A stretch of 64,000 nt of DNA from an uncultured virus (IMG/VR IMGVR_UViG_3300009441_000007) (IMGVR_UViG_3300009441_000007); one strand, 5' to 3'. Shown: positions 9,650 to 21,500, counted from the stretch's first letter. The notes: a model not told the origin generated them from the letters alone. A program made the numbers and translations.

Positions 9650-10276
9650 ATGAGTTGTGAAGGTATAGGAAAATCGTTTGGCGAACTCGCCAAGCAGATA
9701 GATGAAGTCTCTGCACAAATTGATGATGCGGTAGATAAAACCGTTGATTCTATTGCAAGTGAACTTGGCATCAATGCCTTGAAGGCTAAGTTTGCCTTGA
9801 TGCAGGGAGAGATAGAAGCAGCCTTTCAAAATGAATTTCCAAACTTAGACTCGTTTTTCGCCGAACTGAAATCTGGCATTCCTTTTGCAACCGAACTTGG
9901 GGATATTATAAAAGTCATATCTCAGGCACAGTTGGCTGCGGATAAGATACAGGAAATGAAAGATAAGTATGGTGATAAGGACAATAACATAAATGAGATT
10001 TTGCGAGACCCTGCTGGGTTCATAGAGACTCTGGGTGGAGACTTGGAGTCATTATGTGAGTCTATGCCCAACTATCAGAAAGCGAAGGATGGTTCAATTA
10101 AGGTAACCTCGGCTAAGTTTAATTTACCAGATGGAGCGATTATCGACATAGAAGAGATACTCAATGAGGGGTTATCCCCCACGATAAAAAACATCGAAGA
10201 TGCAATAAAGAATCTAAGGTTTGAAATTGTTCCAAAGGTAACTACCCTAAACAAAGACTTGGCATCGCCGTATTAG
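9650..10276 (+). CDS. Hypothetical helical protein (probable virion/baseplate)
   Basis: 208-aa ORF with AGGAG SD between gp5 and gp25. Confidence 0.6.
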   Translation: MSCEGIGKSFGELAKQIDEVSAQIDDAVDKTVDSIASELGINALKAKFALMQGEIEAAFQNEFPNLDSFFAELKSGIPFATELGDIIKVISQAQLAADKIQEMKDKYGDKDNNINEILRDPAGFIETLGGDLESLCESMPNYQKAKDGSIKVTSAKFNLPDGAIIDIEEILNEGLSPTIKNIEDAIKNLRFEIVPKVTTLNKDLASPY

Positions 10277-10310
10277 CTACCGACTCTGCTTACTCTTAAT
10301 CAAAAGGTAT

Positions 10311-10318
10311 TATAAATA
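10311..10318 (+). promoter_or_regulatory. T4 late promoter TATAAATA upstream of gp25
   Basis: Exact consensus 5 nt before gp25 ATG. Confidence 0.75.
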
Positions 10319-10323
10319 GTCCT

Positions 10324-10719
10324 ATGTTAAAAGTACCCACTACAGTATACAAAGACTTTGATTTGGGATTCGCTAAGAACCCGAACACGAAAGACATTGC
10401 ACGGCGAGTAGATGTCTCGGCCGTAAAACAATCTCTAAAGAGTCTATTGCAGACTCAATACTATGAGAAACCATTCAGACCCAATTATGGTTCTCCGATT
10501 CGGGGGATGTTATTTCAACCCTGCGACATGGTGACAGCTACCACTCTTGCTACCGAAATAAAACGATGTATACAGAACTGGGAAAAACGAGTAATTGTAG
10601 AAGATGTCGAAGTATACCCAGATGTAGATAACAACGCATTTTCTTGTAAAATCTATTTCTTTGTAAGAGGCGTCAAGAGCAAACACGAATTGGGTTTAGT
10701 ATTGGATAGGTTAAGGTAG
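10324..10719 (+). CDS. gp25: Baseplate wedge subunit gp25
   Basis: YKDFDL.F..NP.T.D, AVKQSL..L..T...EKPF.PNYGS.I...LF, WE.RV. Confidence 0.9.
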   Translation: MLKVPTTVYKDFDLGFAKNPNTKDIARRVDVSAVKQSLKSLLQTQYYEKPFRPNYGSPIRGMLFQPCDMVTATTLATEIKRCIQNWEKRVIVEDVEVYPDVDNNAFSCKIYFFVRGVKSKHELGLVLDRLR

Positions 10720-10729
10720 AGGAAGAATA

Positions 10730-12664
10730 ATGTCAGTAAAAAATGTAACAGAATTAGATTTTGATTCGATAAAAGCAAATCTAAAAACACATCTGAAGAA
10801 TCAAACTGAGTTCGCAGACTACGACTTTGAAGCATCTGGTATCAGTCAACTTGTTGATTTACTGGCATACAACACTCATTATAATGCCGTCCTCGCACAC
10901 ATGGTATCAAACGAGGCGTTCATTGATTCTGCTATAAAGAGAAATTCAGTTGTGTCCATTGCGAAGACGATGGGGTATGTGCCACGGTCTGCTCGTTCTG
11001 CGAAGGCTAACATTAACTTGACTGTCCAACCAGATGCATCTTATTCCGACACCAATTTAACCCTTTCAAATAACAGTCTTTTCACATCCAATGTAAACGG
11101 GAAAAACTTTTCATTCATCCCAGACAAAGATTACAGTGTTCCAAAATCTATAGTTGATGGTGTGACTGCTTTTAGATTCACTGATATAGTTTTACTGGAG
11201 GGTACACGCACCGCGACCACAGAAATCATTGGTGCGGCAAATAGGTCTGGCCCGATTATATTGCCAAACGACAATGTTGATACTACCACATTGACAGTAA
11301 AGGTACAGACTTCTACTACAAATTTTAATGCTGAGGTGTTTGCACTATCAGAAACTATCACAGGTGTTACAAAAACTTCTAAGGTATATTACCTAGAAGA
11401 AAGAACTGATGGATTTTACCAAGTTGTTTTTGGTGACGGTGTTCTTGGAAAACAATTGGATGTAGGTAACATTGTTATATGCGAATACATTTTATCAAAT
11501 GCCACTGCTGGTAACGGAGCAAGGAAATTTAGTTCGCCGACAAACATAACTGGCAGTGGGGAAACGGTAACTGGTACAACAACGGCAGCTTCCGTTGGTG
11601 GGTTTGAATTAGAGAATATTGATAGTATTCGTTTTAATGCGCCAAGATTCAACACTGCGAAAGGTAGGGTAGTAACATCTACCGATTATGAAACGGCAAT
11701 CAAACAGTCTAATCCCAACATCAAATCAGTGACAGTGTGGGGTGGAGAAGACAATGTTCCACCCGTCTATGGAAAGGTTTATATCTCGCTGCAACCCCAA
11801 ACTGGGTTTGTTATAACAGAGACCGAAAAAGACAATCTTGTTACCAATGTTATTAATCCCAAATTACCTGTATCATTAGTGACAGAGTTTGTCACCGCTG
11901 AAGACTTGTTCATAGGATTCAACATTGCCGTGACGTTTGACCCCAAGATAACCACGCAGAGTGCAGACTCTATTAAAACTAGTGTGCTCGCCCAAATTAC
12001 ATCTCACTTTAATACCAATGTTAATGAATTGAAGAAAAACTTCTTCTTCTCTAAATTGAGTAAGGAACTTGATGGGGTTGATGAATCTATCTTGGCCAAT
12101 AACATTGAAATGCGATTGATGAAAAAGATAACACCGAAACTGGGTGTTGCTTCAAGATACGAACTGAGATACAATAACAAATTGCTGGCAAGTTCTGTTA
12201 GGACTAATTATTTCACTGCAAATATTACTGGTTCTCAGGACGAAGTTTATATAACAGACAAACCAGATGAGACATTTACTGCTTCTCAACAATACAATGG
12301 ACAACGATTTAACCTTGCTAGAGGGGAACTCATTCTGAAATCAAAGGCTACCAACACAGTCATTGGTGGAACCGTGGGAACTATCGATTATGACACTGGG
12401 TATTTGGATATAACATCGATGAAGGTAGATGCTATAAGTGGTGCTACTAATTCTGATATTCGAGTTTATATTACCCCGCATGAGAGTGCAAAAAATATTT
12501 CTACAGATTCGTTGGTTCGTGCTACCGAAGAACAGAGTTATGCTGTCACTGCGTTGCCCGCAAGAAATATAATACTGGGTCTTGATGATTCCAATGTCGA
12601 TACAACCAACAATGTTAAACAGGGTGTTGCCGTTACCATGATATCAAGGATAAAGGATGACTAA
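10730..12664 (+). CDS. gp6: Baseplate wedge subunit gp6
   Basis: LDFDSIK.NLK..L..Q.EF.DYDFE.SG...L.D.LAYNTHYN, FGDG..G, VWGGEDN.PP.YGKV. Confidence 0.93.
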   Translation: MSVKNVTELDFDSIKANLKTHLKNQTEFADYDFEASGISQLVDLLAYNTHYNAVLAHMVSNEAFIDSAIKRNSVVSIAKTMGYVPRSARSAKANINLTVQPDASYSDTNLTLSNNSLFTSNVNGKNFSFIPDKDYSVPKSIVDGVTAFRFTDIVLLEGTRTATTEIIGAANRSGPIILPNDNVDTTTLTVKVQTSTTNFNAEVFALSETITGVTKTSKVYYLEERTDGFYQVVFGDGVLGKQLDVGNIVICEYILSNATAGNGARKFSSPTNITGSGETVTGTTTAASVGGFELENIDSIRFNAPRFNTAKGRVVTSTDYETAIKQSNPNIKSVTVWGGEDNVPPVYGKVYISLQPQTGFVITETEKDNLVTNVINPKLPVSLVTEFVTAEDLFIGFNIAVTFDPKITTQSADSIKTSVLAQITSHFNTNVNELKKNFFFSKLSKELDGVDESILANNIEMRLMKKITPKLGVASRYELRYNNKLLASSVRTNYFTANITGSQDEVYITDKPDETFTASQQYNGQRFNLARGELILKSKATNTVIGGTVGTIDYDTGYLDITSMKVDAISGATNSDIRVYITPHESAKNISTDSLVRATEEQSYAVTALPARNIILGLDDSNVDTTNNVKQGVAVTMISRIKDD

Positions 12665-15600
12665 TAGAATACCATCATTTCTTGAGTACCTAAAATCCAT
12701 ATCAATCAGTGCCGCTGGTTCTGGATATGGCGAAGGTACATACTCACTTAAAATTAGTGCGCCCACTGGCGACAACCCTATACAGGCTGTTGCTACTGCT
12801 ACTGTAGGTAATGCTGGGAGTGTTACTTCCGTATCGATATCAGAAGCCGGTGATGGGTACAATGAAGTACCAACCGTATTTATATCGGGGCCCATTACTA
12901 GTGCTACCAGTACATCTACGAATACTGGTCTAGACGCTGGAACATATACTGGCGTTGAGGCCTCATCCACGAGTGGAACTGGAACATTCGCTGCCTTTAC
13001 TATTGTCATTGATTCCAGTGGTAGTGTAACTTCCGTATCACTGACGCTGCCAGGCAACGGGTATGTCCAAGGGGACACGGTAACATTCGACCCGACATTG
13101 CTCGGTGGAACTGGATCAAATAGTGATGTTGTTGCTACCATAACAGAAATACAGAATGGTACATCTGCTGCATTCACGGCAGTAGTTGACATACTCACAA
13201 AACCTGATACCTACTCACAACCTAAAATATCCAAACTGGTTAGTAATCAGTTACCAGAATTTATACGCAATGAACACACTCTTTTTGCAACCTTCATCGA
13301 AAAGTATTTTGAGTTCTTAGAATCGAACAATACATCTGACCCCACAAAACACGGGCCATTGAAAGTACTACAAGACTTTCTTTCTAAATTGGATGTTGAT
13401 TTTAATGACGATGGAAGTGTTAACACGGACGATAATTTCCTAAAGGAATTTTACAAAGACTATGCTAAAGATTTGCCTCTTGGGCAAACTGCTAAACTCA
13501 GTCTCGTACTTAAAAACATCAATGATTTCTACACTGCCAAGGGTAGTGGGGAAGCAATCAAACTTCTATTCAGAATACTTTACAATGAAGAGATAACCCT
13601 TTCCAATGCACAGGAATTTGTACTCAGACCGTCATCAAGTAGATGGCAACAAGACTATGTTGTCAAGGTGTACGAGAGAGGGTCACTTGTTAGTAGTGCA
13701 TTTCCCGACTACAACCCAGAAGATTTCGTGGGACAACAGGTAGACCTTCACTACAGCGAATCAATTGGTTCCGTGACAAATGGTCTAACCAAAAGAGCTA
13801 GTGTTCAGTCGGTCAAGAAGATTGCCTACACAAACCCACAAGCATACGAATTAGTTTTAACTGGTATTGATAACACGTTCTCTCTGCCAGGCGGTGGTGC
13901 TGCGTCACTTTCGTTTGATGAAATATTATTACCGGAAATCTCTGGTGACATAGCAACAATAGTTGGTACTGCTGCGAGTGACGCATTCGCTGCGCCGTCC
14001 CCCTCAGTAGTCAATGGTACATATGTCATCAACGATGGCAATTCTACATCATACATCGATGTGCCATATGCCAATAATGCGGCAGTCACGAAGGGAACGT
14101 ATGTAAAAGCAAACAATAAAATCTATCTTTCTATTAATGCTGGAACTACAAAGACTAGTGGAACAGGCCCATCTCACGAACAAGGTGAAGTCTTAGATGG
14201 TACATGTAAATTTAGATTTATAGAAATAAGTACTGCTACTGGTCACTATTCCAGTGGGAGTTCTGGCGCAATCTTATCGGTTGTTATTGCTGGTAATGCA
14301 GTTAGTTCGGTTAGTATAACCGACAACGGTACAAATTATTACCCAAACGAAGTAATAGAAATAGCTTCTTCAGTATTCGGTGGAACTGGAACTGGCGTAT
14401 TTTTAAAAGTAGGTACTATTTCCAGTGGCCGAATCAAACAAGCCATCATCATGGATGCTGGGTCTGGATTTTCTGCCAACCCAAGTATTGTTATAACACC
14501 AAATGTTGCTGACACTATATCTACCGATGCCCTCCTAGAGACCAGAGTTACCGATGGGGTCATATCCCAGATTTTATTTACAAACAATCAATCTGGTGTC
14601 GGGTATAATAATATCCCCGCAATTAGAATTACCACTGGTAATACGTTATCCTTTGTGAGTTTAGCAGATGAGGTATTTCCAAGTACTGGGGTAGATGTCC
14701 TCAGTGCATTCAAAGGTATAGTGACACGAGTTTTAAACACTGGTAAATTCAATTCAATAAAGGTTGGTTCTAGTACCACTACTGGTGGATTTAAAATCGG
14801 CGATTCTTACCTAATCAATGAGGGCGGCAGTGTTCTAGGTAAGTATGCTGTTGATTACTTCTTGGAAGAGTATACATTGGTGGCCACGGCAAACAATGCT
14901 TATGTGCGTATCACCGCGCTGGACGAAACTGGTTACCCGAAAGGACTAGAAGTACTTGCAGTGGGTCAAGGTTTCAATAGGGAAGATTTCCAAGGGGAGT
15001 TATCCTCACCGACTGGCAACATTGCAATAGTAGATTTTAAAACAGGATACAATGCTGTTCTGGGTGGAGTCGCTGGAGATTCTGGTGGATTCTTATCAGA
15101 CGCGAATAGATTATTCGACAACCAAGTTTACCAACCATATGCTTATCAGATACAATCGGAATTACAATCTTCCGAGTGGTCTGATTATGTTAAGAGGGCA
15201 GCTCACCCTGCTGGATTTGCCCTGTTCGGTGACTTACAAATAAAACAAGACATTGATTTCTCAACTGGATTTACAGTAGAAACAGATGTTTACATGTTAT
15301 TCAAGTATCCAGATATTGAAGAATTGATTATCCAAGACACGATAGTCAAGGGAATAGAGGTTGACAGTATAACCCCAGATTCTCTCTTCCCAGGCGATGC
15401 CCTGAATTCATTCGATGTCGAAACAAGTAAGGCGGACATTGCCGGCGTCACGGATGAAGAAGGCCCATATACTTACATTGGTACGTCCATAACAAGTTTC
15501 TATGCTACCTCAGATGGTACTGAAACGGGTGACCCATACACCGTAGTCGGTGCTAGTGCTGCCGATGATTATGTGGAAAGACTTGTTGCTGGTGACTATT

Positions 15601-16439
15601 TTGCTGAATTATATACTCTTCTTGGTAATCCGATAAAAGATGTAGGACTTAACTTCAACTCAGCTGATACCGGAGAATACGCTACTGGTTATTTTGAGAA
15701 CACTGGTGGAGCGAGATACACCCAACTTATTGCATTCGATGCTGAGAGAAGTACTTCTTATGCTTTCTTGGGTGACACGCTCACTAATTTATCAGTCGAA
15801 ACGGCCTTTGCAGATTCCGCTGAATTCTCCGAACATGTTCTGATATCATTCGTATTCTTCAGGAACCCAGTTGATTCATTCAACATTGGTGATGCTAGTG
15901 TCATTGAGGCGCGACCAACCGTATCTGATACATTCAATACCGCTGATAGTGTTAATACGTTTGGGGTTGGTATCAATACAACGAACAATGCATATGCTGA
16001 CCACAACATACCAGTATTTGTTATTGAAACTGTAAGCGCAGACACATCGAACATCGCTGATGTACCAGTACTAAATCCACAGTTAGTTGCTGTGGATGGT
16101 TCATCATCACAAGATACTACATCTCTACTATGGCAGGGTGTCAAGGTAGACACATCCAATATCGCTGATACACTAAATAAGTTTGATATTGGGTTGAATC
16201 CTTCCGATTCTGCCGATGCGGCAGACGGTATAAATAGTTTGACAGTTGAGACTAACCCAACAGAAAGTGCAGACTCTGCCGATGTGGCGACTCTATCCGC
16301 AGAAATAAATTTAACTGGTTCATCAGAAGACGAAAATGTATCCATTGGAGATAGTGGTAGTCTTATATCTCAATCATATACAGTGAATTTAACTTACTTT
16401 GCTGGAGATTATGTTGCCGATACTGTAGTAAGTTTTTAA
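12657..16439 (+). CDS. gp7: Baseplate wedge initiator (gp7-like) with inserted beta-repeat domains
   Basis: QLPEFIR.E...F..FIEKYFEFLE, FY.AKGS...IK.LFRILY.E, YQ.YAY.I.S......W...VK...HPAG; follows gp6. Confidence 0.75.
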   Translation: MTNRIPSFLEYLKSISISAAGSGYGEGTYSLKISAPTGDNPIQAVATATVGNAGSVTSVSISEAGDGYNEVPTVFISGPITSATSTSTNTGLDAGTYTGVEASSTSGTGTFAAFTIVIDSSGSVTSVSLTLPGNGYVQGDTVTFDPTLLGGTGSNSDVVATITEIQNGTSAAFTAVVDILTKPDTYSQPKISKLVSNQLPEFIRNEHTLFATFIEKYFEFLESNNTSDPTKHGPLKVLQDFLSKLDVDFNDDGSVNTDDNFLKEFYKDYAKDLPLGQTAKLSLVLKNINDFYTAKGSGEAIKLLFRILYNEEITLSNAQEFVLRPSSSRWQQDYVVKVYERGSLVSSAFPDYNPEDFVGQQVDLHYSESIGSVTNGLTKRASVQSVKKIAYTNPQAYELVLTGIDNTFSLPGGGAASLSFDEILLPEISGDIATIVGTAASDAFAAPSPSVVNGTYVINDGNSTSYIDVPYANNAAVTKGTYVKANNKIYLSINAGTTKTSGTGPSHEQGEVLDGTCKFRFIEISTATGHYSSGSSGAILSVVIAGNAVSSVSITDNGTNYYPNEVIEIASSVFGGTGTGVFLKVGTISSGRIKQAIIMDAGSGFSANPSIVITPNVADTISTDALLETRVTDGVISQILFTNNQSGVGYNNIPAIRITTGNTLSFVSLADEVFPSTGVDVLSAFKGIVTRVLNTGKFNSIKVGSSTTTGGFKIGDSYLINEGGSVLGKYAVDYFLEEYTLVATANNAYVRITALDETGYPKGLEVLAVGQGFNREDFQGELSSPTGNIAIVDFKTGYNAVLGGVAGDSGGFLSDANRLFDNQVYQPYAYQIQSELQSSEWSDYVKRAAHPAGFALFGDLQIKQDIDFSTGFTVETDVYMLFKYPDIEELIIQDTIVKGIEVDSITPDSLFPGDALNSFDVETSKADIAGVTDEEGPYTYIGTSITSFYATSDGTETGDPYTVVGASAADDYVERLVAGDYFAELYTLLGNPIKDVGLNFNSADTGEYATGYFENTGGARYTQLIAFDAERSTSYAFLGDTLTNLSVETAFADSAEFSEHVLISFVFFRNPVDSFNIGDASVIEARPTVSDTFNTADSVNTFGVGINTTNNAYADHNIPVFVIETVSADTSNIADVPVLNPQLVAVDGSSSQDTTSLLWQGVKVDTSNIADTLNKFDIGLNPSDSADAADGINSLTVETNPTESADSADVATLSAEINLTGSSEDENVSIGDSGSLISQSYTVNLTYFAGDYVADTVVSF

Positions 16440-16445
16440 AATTGT

Positions 16446-16453
16446 TATAAATA
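16446..16453 (+). promoter_or_regulatory. T4 late promoter TATAAATA
   Basis: Exact consensus in intergenic gap. Confidence 0.75.
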
Positions 16454-16492
16454 GGAACACCAAGGCAACAACTAAACAAACAGGAGAACACA

Positions 16493-16945
16493 ATGTTACA
16501 AGAAAAAAATGCCTTACAAGCCAAGGGTCGATTGACACTTGAATTGTTTGATAAGGAAGGGAATTTAAAAGAGACCCAACACTCAACCAATGTCGTAGTA
16601 AACAACGGCCTTAACTATATTGCTTCACGAATCAAAGATGCTACTGCTACCGCTATGTCACATATGGCAATCGGTTCTGGTTCTGCTTCAGCTGCTGCGG
16701 GTAATACTGCTCTCGCCACTGAACTAGGCCGCGCGACTTTGACATCTACAACAGTATCGTCAAACTCAGTTGCTTATGTGGGTGACTTTGGTGCTGGTGT
16801 TGGAACTGGTGCAGTTGTAGAAGCAGCTATTTTAAACGCTAGTTCTGGTGGAACACTGCTTTGCAGGACTGTATTCTCAGTGGTCAATAAAGCCGCTGCC
16901 GATACGTTAAAAATCACTTGGACGGTAACTGTATCTGACTCCTAA
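16493..16945 (+). CDS. Virion structural protein (tail fibre-associated)
   Basis: N.VVN.G..YIASR, MAIGSG...A...T.L..E..R, EAAI.NA...G..L.RTVF..VNK...D.L.ITWT. Confidence 0.65.
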   Translation: MLQEKNALQAKGRLTLELFDKEGNLKETQHSTNVVVNNGLNYIASRIKDATATAMSHMAIGSGSASAAAGNTALATELGRATLTSTTVSSNSVAYVGDFGAGVGTGAVVEAAILNASSGGTLLCRTVFSVVNKAAADTLKITWTVTVSDS

Positions 16946-16973
16946 TAGAGTTAATCTACTAAGGAGTTAGTGC

Positions 16974-18572
16974 ATGGCCATTCTGTTATTAGAACAGGCG
17001 AGATTTCATCAGGCTAGATCGTTTTATAGAGACATCTATAACGGAAACGACAAGTTCTATATGGCAGCCTCGCGTGCTGATACATGGACGGATGATACTT
17101 CACCCGATACATTTTATGATAATCGGTTGGACGTACAACAGTTTAGAGACACAATACTCTTTGTAAAAAGGGTACAGTCTGCTGACACCGCCATGTTAGC
17201 GAAACGAATTGATTGGGCTACTGGAACTATATACGATAATTATGATGATAATTATTCTCCCAGTAATACTGCCAATTCCGGCGCTACATCATTGCAGGCT
17301 GCAAACTTTTATGTATTAACAGATGCATTTAATGTTTACAAGTGTATTGATAATAACAACAATGGTCAAAGTACAACTAAACCTTCCAGTACTGGCACGG
17401 AGATATTTACAACCGCTGATTTATATAAGTGGAAGTTTCTATTCCAACTAGGTGCGTCTGATAGGACTAAGTTCCTCTCTACCGCCTATATGCCAGTCAG
17501 GAAAGTATCTGGTGCTGGTCAACCATCTTTCGATATTAACGGTGAACTTAATAGTATCGCTGTTACTGCCGGAGGAAGTGGTTATTCCTCACCACCCACG
17601 GTCACCATACAGGGGGATGGGACAGGTGCTACCGCAAATGCTACACTTACTGGCAATGCGGTATCATCTATCTCCATATCTACTGGAGGTAGTGGTTACA
17701 CTTTCGCTGACATTAAACTAACAGGCGGTGGTGGAGCAAACGCAAAAGCAGATGCGACACTGGGTAGTACTGATACTCCGACACTACAAACCAATGTTGA
17801 GGGGACTGCTGTAAAAGGAACCATCGACAAGATAGTTGTTTCCGCGCAAGGTACTGACTATACTGCTGGTGATGTCACTTTAACTATAACTGGTGATGGG
17901 ATTGGCGCAGCTGCCGCTGCTGTAGTGAATTCAAACGGTAATATCACAGGTGTTACCATAACGGCTCCAGGCAGTGGATATACTAACGCTGCTATTACAC
18001 TGGTGCAGGCCTCTGGTAGTGGAGTTAATGCTACTTTCAGAGTTGTCATCTCACCGATTGAGGGACACGGGTCTCACCCGCAAAAAGAATTGTTTTGCAA
18101 ACGGGTCGGGATGACTGTTTCTTTTGATAATGATTCAAGAGACATAATTACAGGTAACGACTATAGACAAGTCGGACTGATAAAAAACATTACCAAGTAC
18201 GGACTGTCAACATTGTTCGATGATGCAACAGGTTCACCCCATTTCATTGTTACTATCAATGACCCAAATAATTATGGTGCTGATGATAGTATAGAGACAT
18301 CGAGTGGTGGTAAATTCTCAGTCGCGCAATTGCGAGACACTACGGGTAATGGCACTGATGATAGTGTGTACTTACAAGAAAACACCAAGGGTATCTCTGT
18401 AAGTGATACTATCACAAATACTACAAAAGGACTCTCTGGTTTACCTATAAATAGTCTTGCGAACCCAGAAATATCTACTGATTCTGGTGACGTAATCTAC
18501 TTTGATAATAGAAAACCTATTACAAGGGAAGAGGGTCAGGTAGAGACAGTAAAAATAATATTTACGTTCTAA
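16974..18572 (+). CDS. gp8: Baseplate wedge subunit gp8 with inserted beta-repeat domains
   Basis: RIDW..GT.YD.Y, NFYVLT..FNVYKC.DNN, YKWKFL, P..GHG, DYRQVGL.KN, SG.VIY.DNR.PI.R...Q.E..KI. Confidence 0.85.
   Translation: MAILLLEQARFHQARSFYRDIYNGNDKFYMAASRADTWTDDTSPDTFYDNRLDVQQFRDTILFVKRVQSADTAMLAKRIDWATGTIYDNYDDNYSPSNTANSGATSLQAANFYVLTDAFNVYKCIDNNNNGQSTTKPSSTGTEIFTTADLYKWKFLFQLGASDRTKFLSTAYMPVRKVSGAGQPSFDINGELNSIAVTAGGSGYSSPPTVTIQGDGTGATANATLTGNAVSSISISTGGSGYTFADIKLTGGGGANAKADATLGSTDTPTLQTNVEGTAVKGTIDKIVVSAQGTDYTAGDVTLTITGDGIGAAAAAVVNSNGNITGVTITAPGSGYTNAAITLVQASGSGVNATFRVVISPIEGHGSHPQKELFCKRVGMTVSFDNDSRDIITGNDYRQVGLIKNITKYGLSTLFDDATGSPHFIVTINDPNNYGADDSIETSSGGKFSVAQLRDTTGNGTDDSVYLQENTKGISVSDTITNTTKGLSGLPINSLANPEISTDSGDVIYFDNRKPITREEGQVETVKIIFTF
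18446..18453 (+). promoter_or_regulatory. Probable T4 late promoter inside the 3' end of gp8
   Basis: Exact TATAAATA ~130 nt upstream of the 2370-aa gene. Confidence 0.55.
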
Positions 18573-18585
18573 GGGAAAGACAAAG

Positions 18586-21500
18586 ATGGCGATTGATTTA
18601 AATGTAACCCCATATTATAACGACTTCACGGCGGCTAAGAAATTCAATCGCGTGGTCTTTAAGCCTGGCGTTGCTGTGCAGGCAAGGGAACTAACCCAAC
18701 TGCAAGATTACATGCTGAACACCATCAAAGAGTTTGGTGATTATGTATTCAAAGATGGCGCGACTGTTAGGGGTGGTTCTGGTTACCCTATTCTTATCCC
18801 ATACATCAAAATCAATGACCTAGATTCTGGTTCCGTTGCAGTATCAAATGACACTCTCTCAGATTATGTTGGAGATACAATCACTGGTGGAACTACTGGA
18901 ATTAAAGCAGAAGTGCTTAGTGTACTTACTGGTAGTGACACTGATATAGTAAAAAAGAAAACACTATATCTAAACTATACCAAAGGCAACGAATCCGAAC
19001 TAGGTACAATAGCATCTTCAATACGGTTTGAATCGGGGGAAACCCTAACCGTAACAAGTTCAGTTTCTGCCAGAAATGGCAAAACCTTTGTCGTAGATAG
19101 TAATACCGACAATGCGTCTTTTACTAAAAACTTCTATGGGTACGCAATCGATTTTGTAATCGAAGAGGGAATAGTTTACGCTCAAGGCAAATTCATTGCA
19201 CATGATACACAAAAAATAAGACTTGACCCATTCAACATGAATGTTAATTACTTTGTTGGTATTGAGGTAACAGAATCAATACAGTCATCCGATGATGACA
19301 CGAGTCTATTAGACCCAGCAACGGGTGCATACAACTACAATGCCCCAGGCGCCGATAGAACAAAAGTTGATACTGTAATATCCAAAGTTCCTTTTGGTAA
19401 AAATTATAGTACTAGTACTGTTTATGAAATTGGTGAATTCATATCGAATGAAGATAACATCTATGAGGTCACCACCGCTGGTACATCAAACACTTCAGGT
19501 TCTGGGCCTGTACACACAACTGGAAACTCTACTGATGGTTCTGTTGTGTTTAAATACTTTGAATTCCCCAGTGGATTTACTGCTCTCTACAAAGTACAGA
19601 ATGGACAGATTTCAAAGAAGTATGATAGTGATATTGCGGAACTTGCTGAGTTGGGTAAAGTATTTGCCGCTGAGAAAAGAGAAAGTGATGGCGACTATGT
19701 TGTAGAACCATTCACCATTCAAATCATAGAACACTTAAAGACTATCAAAGGTATCACCTTCAATACGTCTGTAAATACTGCTTACGCCGTAGGTCAGTTT
19801 GTAAATAACGCTAATAAATTATACGAAGTAACTCTTAGTGGTACTTCCGCCGCTGGTTCTCCACCCACACATACATCCGGTGAAGTTCTCAGTGGCAGTG
19901 TCTCATTTGGATACAGAGGAGCTTCTTATAAACTAGACAACAATGGTTACCACTTCAGTAACAATCCAGTTGATGCTGGTTCTATTGACCACCTCGTCGC
20001 TTTAGTATCGCCTGGCATTGCATATGCTGACGGATACCGCAGAGAATTTTACGCGAAGACTCCTATAAAGATACGGAAGGGTACGTCCACCGAAGTCAAA
20101 GAAGGCCTCGATGTTACAATGGGGTACGGAAACTACTTCAACGTAAAAGAAGTGGCTGGTGTATTTAACATAGAAGATGGAGCAATATGTAATATTGGAT
20201 ACTATGGTTCGGTTGGTTCTCAAACTGCCGCTACTGCTGTCACGGATGCTACATTCGGTGCCCATGCTGCTCTGCAATCAACCGTTGGTACTTGTCGTGT
20301 TCGGGCCCTAAAGAGGGCTTCTGGAACCGTGGGAACCGCTACTTGCCAGTACAGACTCTTTGTATACGATGTAAAAATAACCGGCGGGTCTTTAAAAGAC
20401 GCCAGAAGTATTCAATTCCCCAACAGTACAGATAGTGGTTTTGCTGATATTATATTACAAGACAACAATGGTGATGGTACTGCTGACGAAGCTGTACTAT
20501 TCGGAACAGAATATAACAAATTAATATACCCAACGCCTTGGCAAGCAACAAAAACTCTTGCCGCTGCTGCTGGTGGAACATATGATACAGCATATTATTA
20601 CACGGAAGAATTCAATGTAACTGTTGCTTCCAATGGTACGTTCAGTCTCAGTACATCTAGTTTGGGGTCTGGTGTAATTTTCCCGTTTACTGCTGGTTCT
20701 ATGACGCAGGCTTTACTAGATAATAAAATTCACATGGTTTGTAAGACTACTGGCATAACCAATTTAGGATACGGAACCGTATCTGGTTCTGAGGGTAGAG
20801 TTGCGAGATTAACCCCCGCCATGGTTACTGCCGTTTCTAGTGGACAATCCATGTCGTTTGATATGGGTAATCCAAGTGCAGGGTACGATGCTTACTTACA
20901 AGTAGAAGTAAAAGTTGTTGATGCTATACCAGTACCCAAGGCAATCAATATTGGACGGTATGTTAAATTAGATACGCGAGATAATGTTGGTGGTGCTAAC
21001 GGGCCATTCCCACTTGGTATCGTAGACGTACTGAATATCGAAGCAGTCTATGTTTCGTCAGATATGAATAATTGGGCCGATGATACGGATGCTGTCAAAC
21101 CAGTTAACTACATAAATGATTTCATCTTAGATAATGGACAATCGGATAATTTCTATGGACATGCGCGACTCATTAAGAAAGGTTCTAGTACACTCACAAC
21201 CGCTTCTAGATTACTTACAGTTAAACTTAGTCACTTTACTGCCAATTATGGTGCTTCTACTGGAACATATTTCGCTAAAAATTCATATCCAATAGATGAT
21301 AGTGGTGCAAGTGGCATTTACACGTTTGAGATACCTACATTTTCCTCTGAGAGACTAGGGGAATACCAGTTAAGAGATGCCATTGACTTTAGACCTAGAG
21401 TTAAGGGTACTGCTGTGTCTACTACGTCACTTGCCGCTGCTACTAATAACCCATATCACACAGATGATTTAGATTTGCCTACGAATGGTTGTCAATTCCC

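Noticed and set aside
7930..15680. CCGG following the same strict GCC-context rule as CCNGG
   Set aside because: Clear exceptions (ACCGGA near 7933, 9543, 13931, 15669), so at most a partial bias
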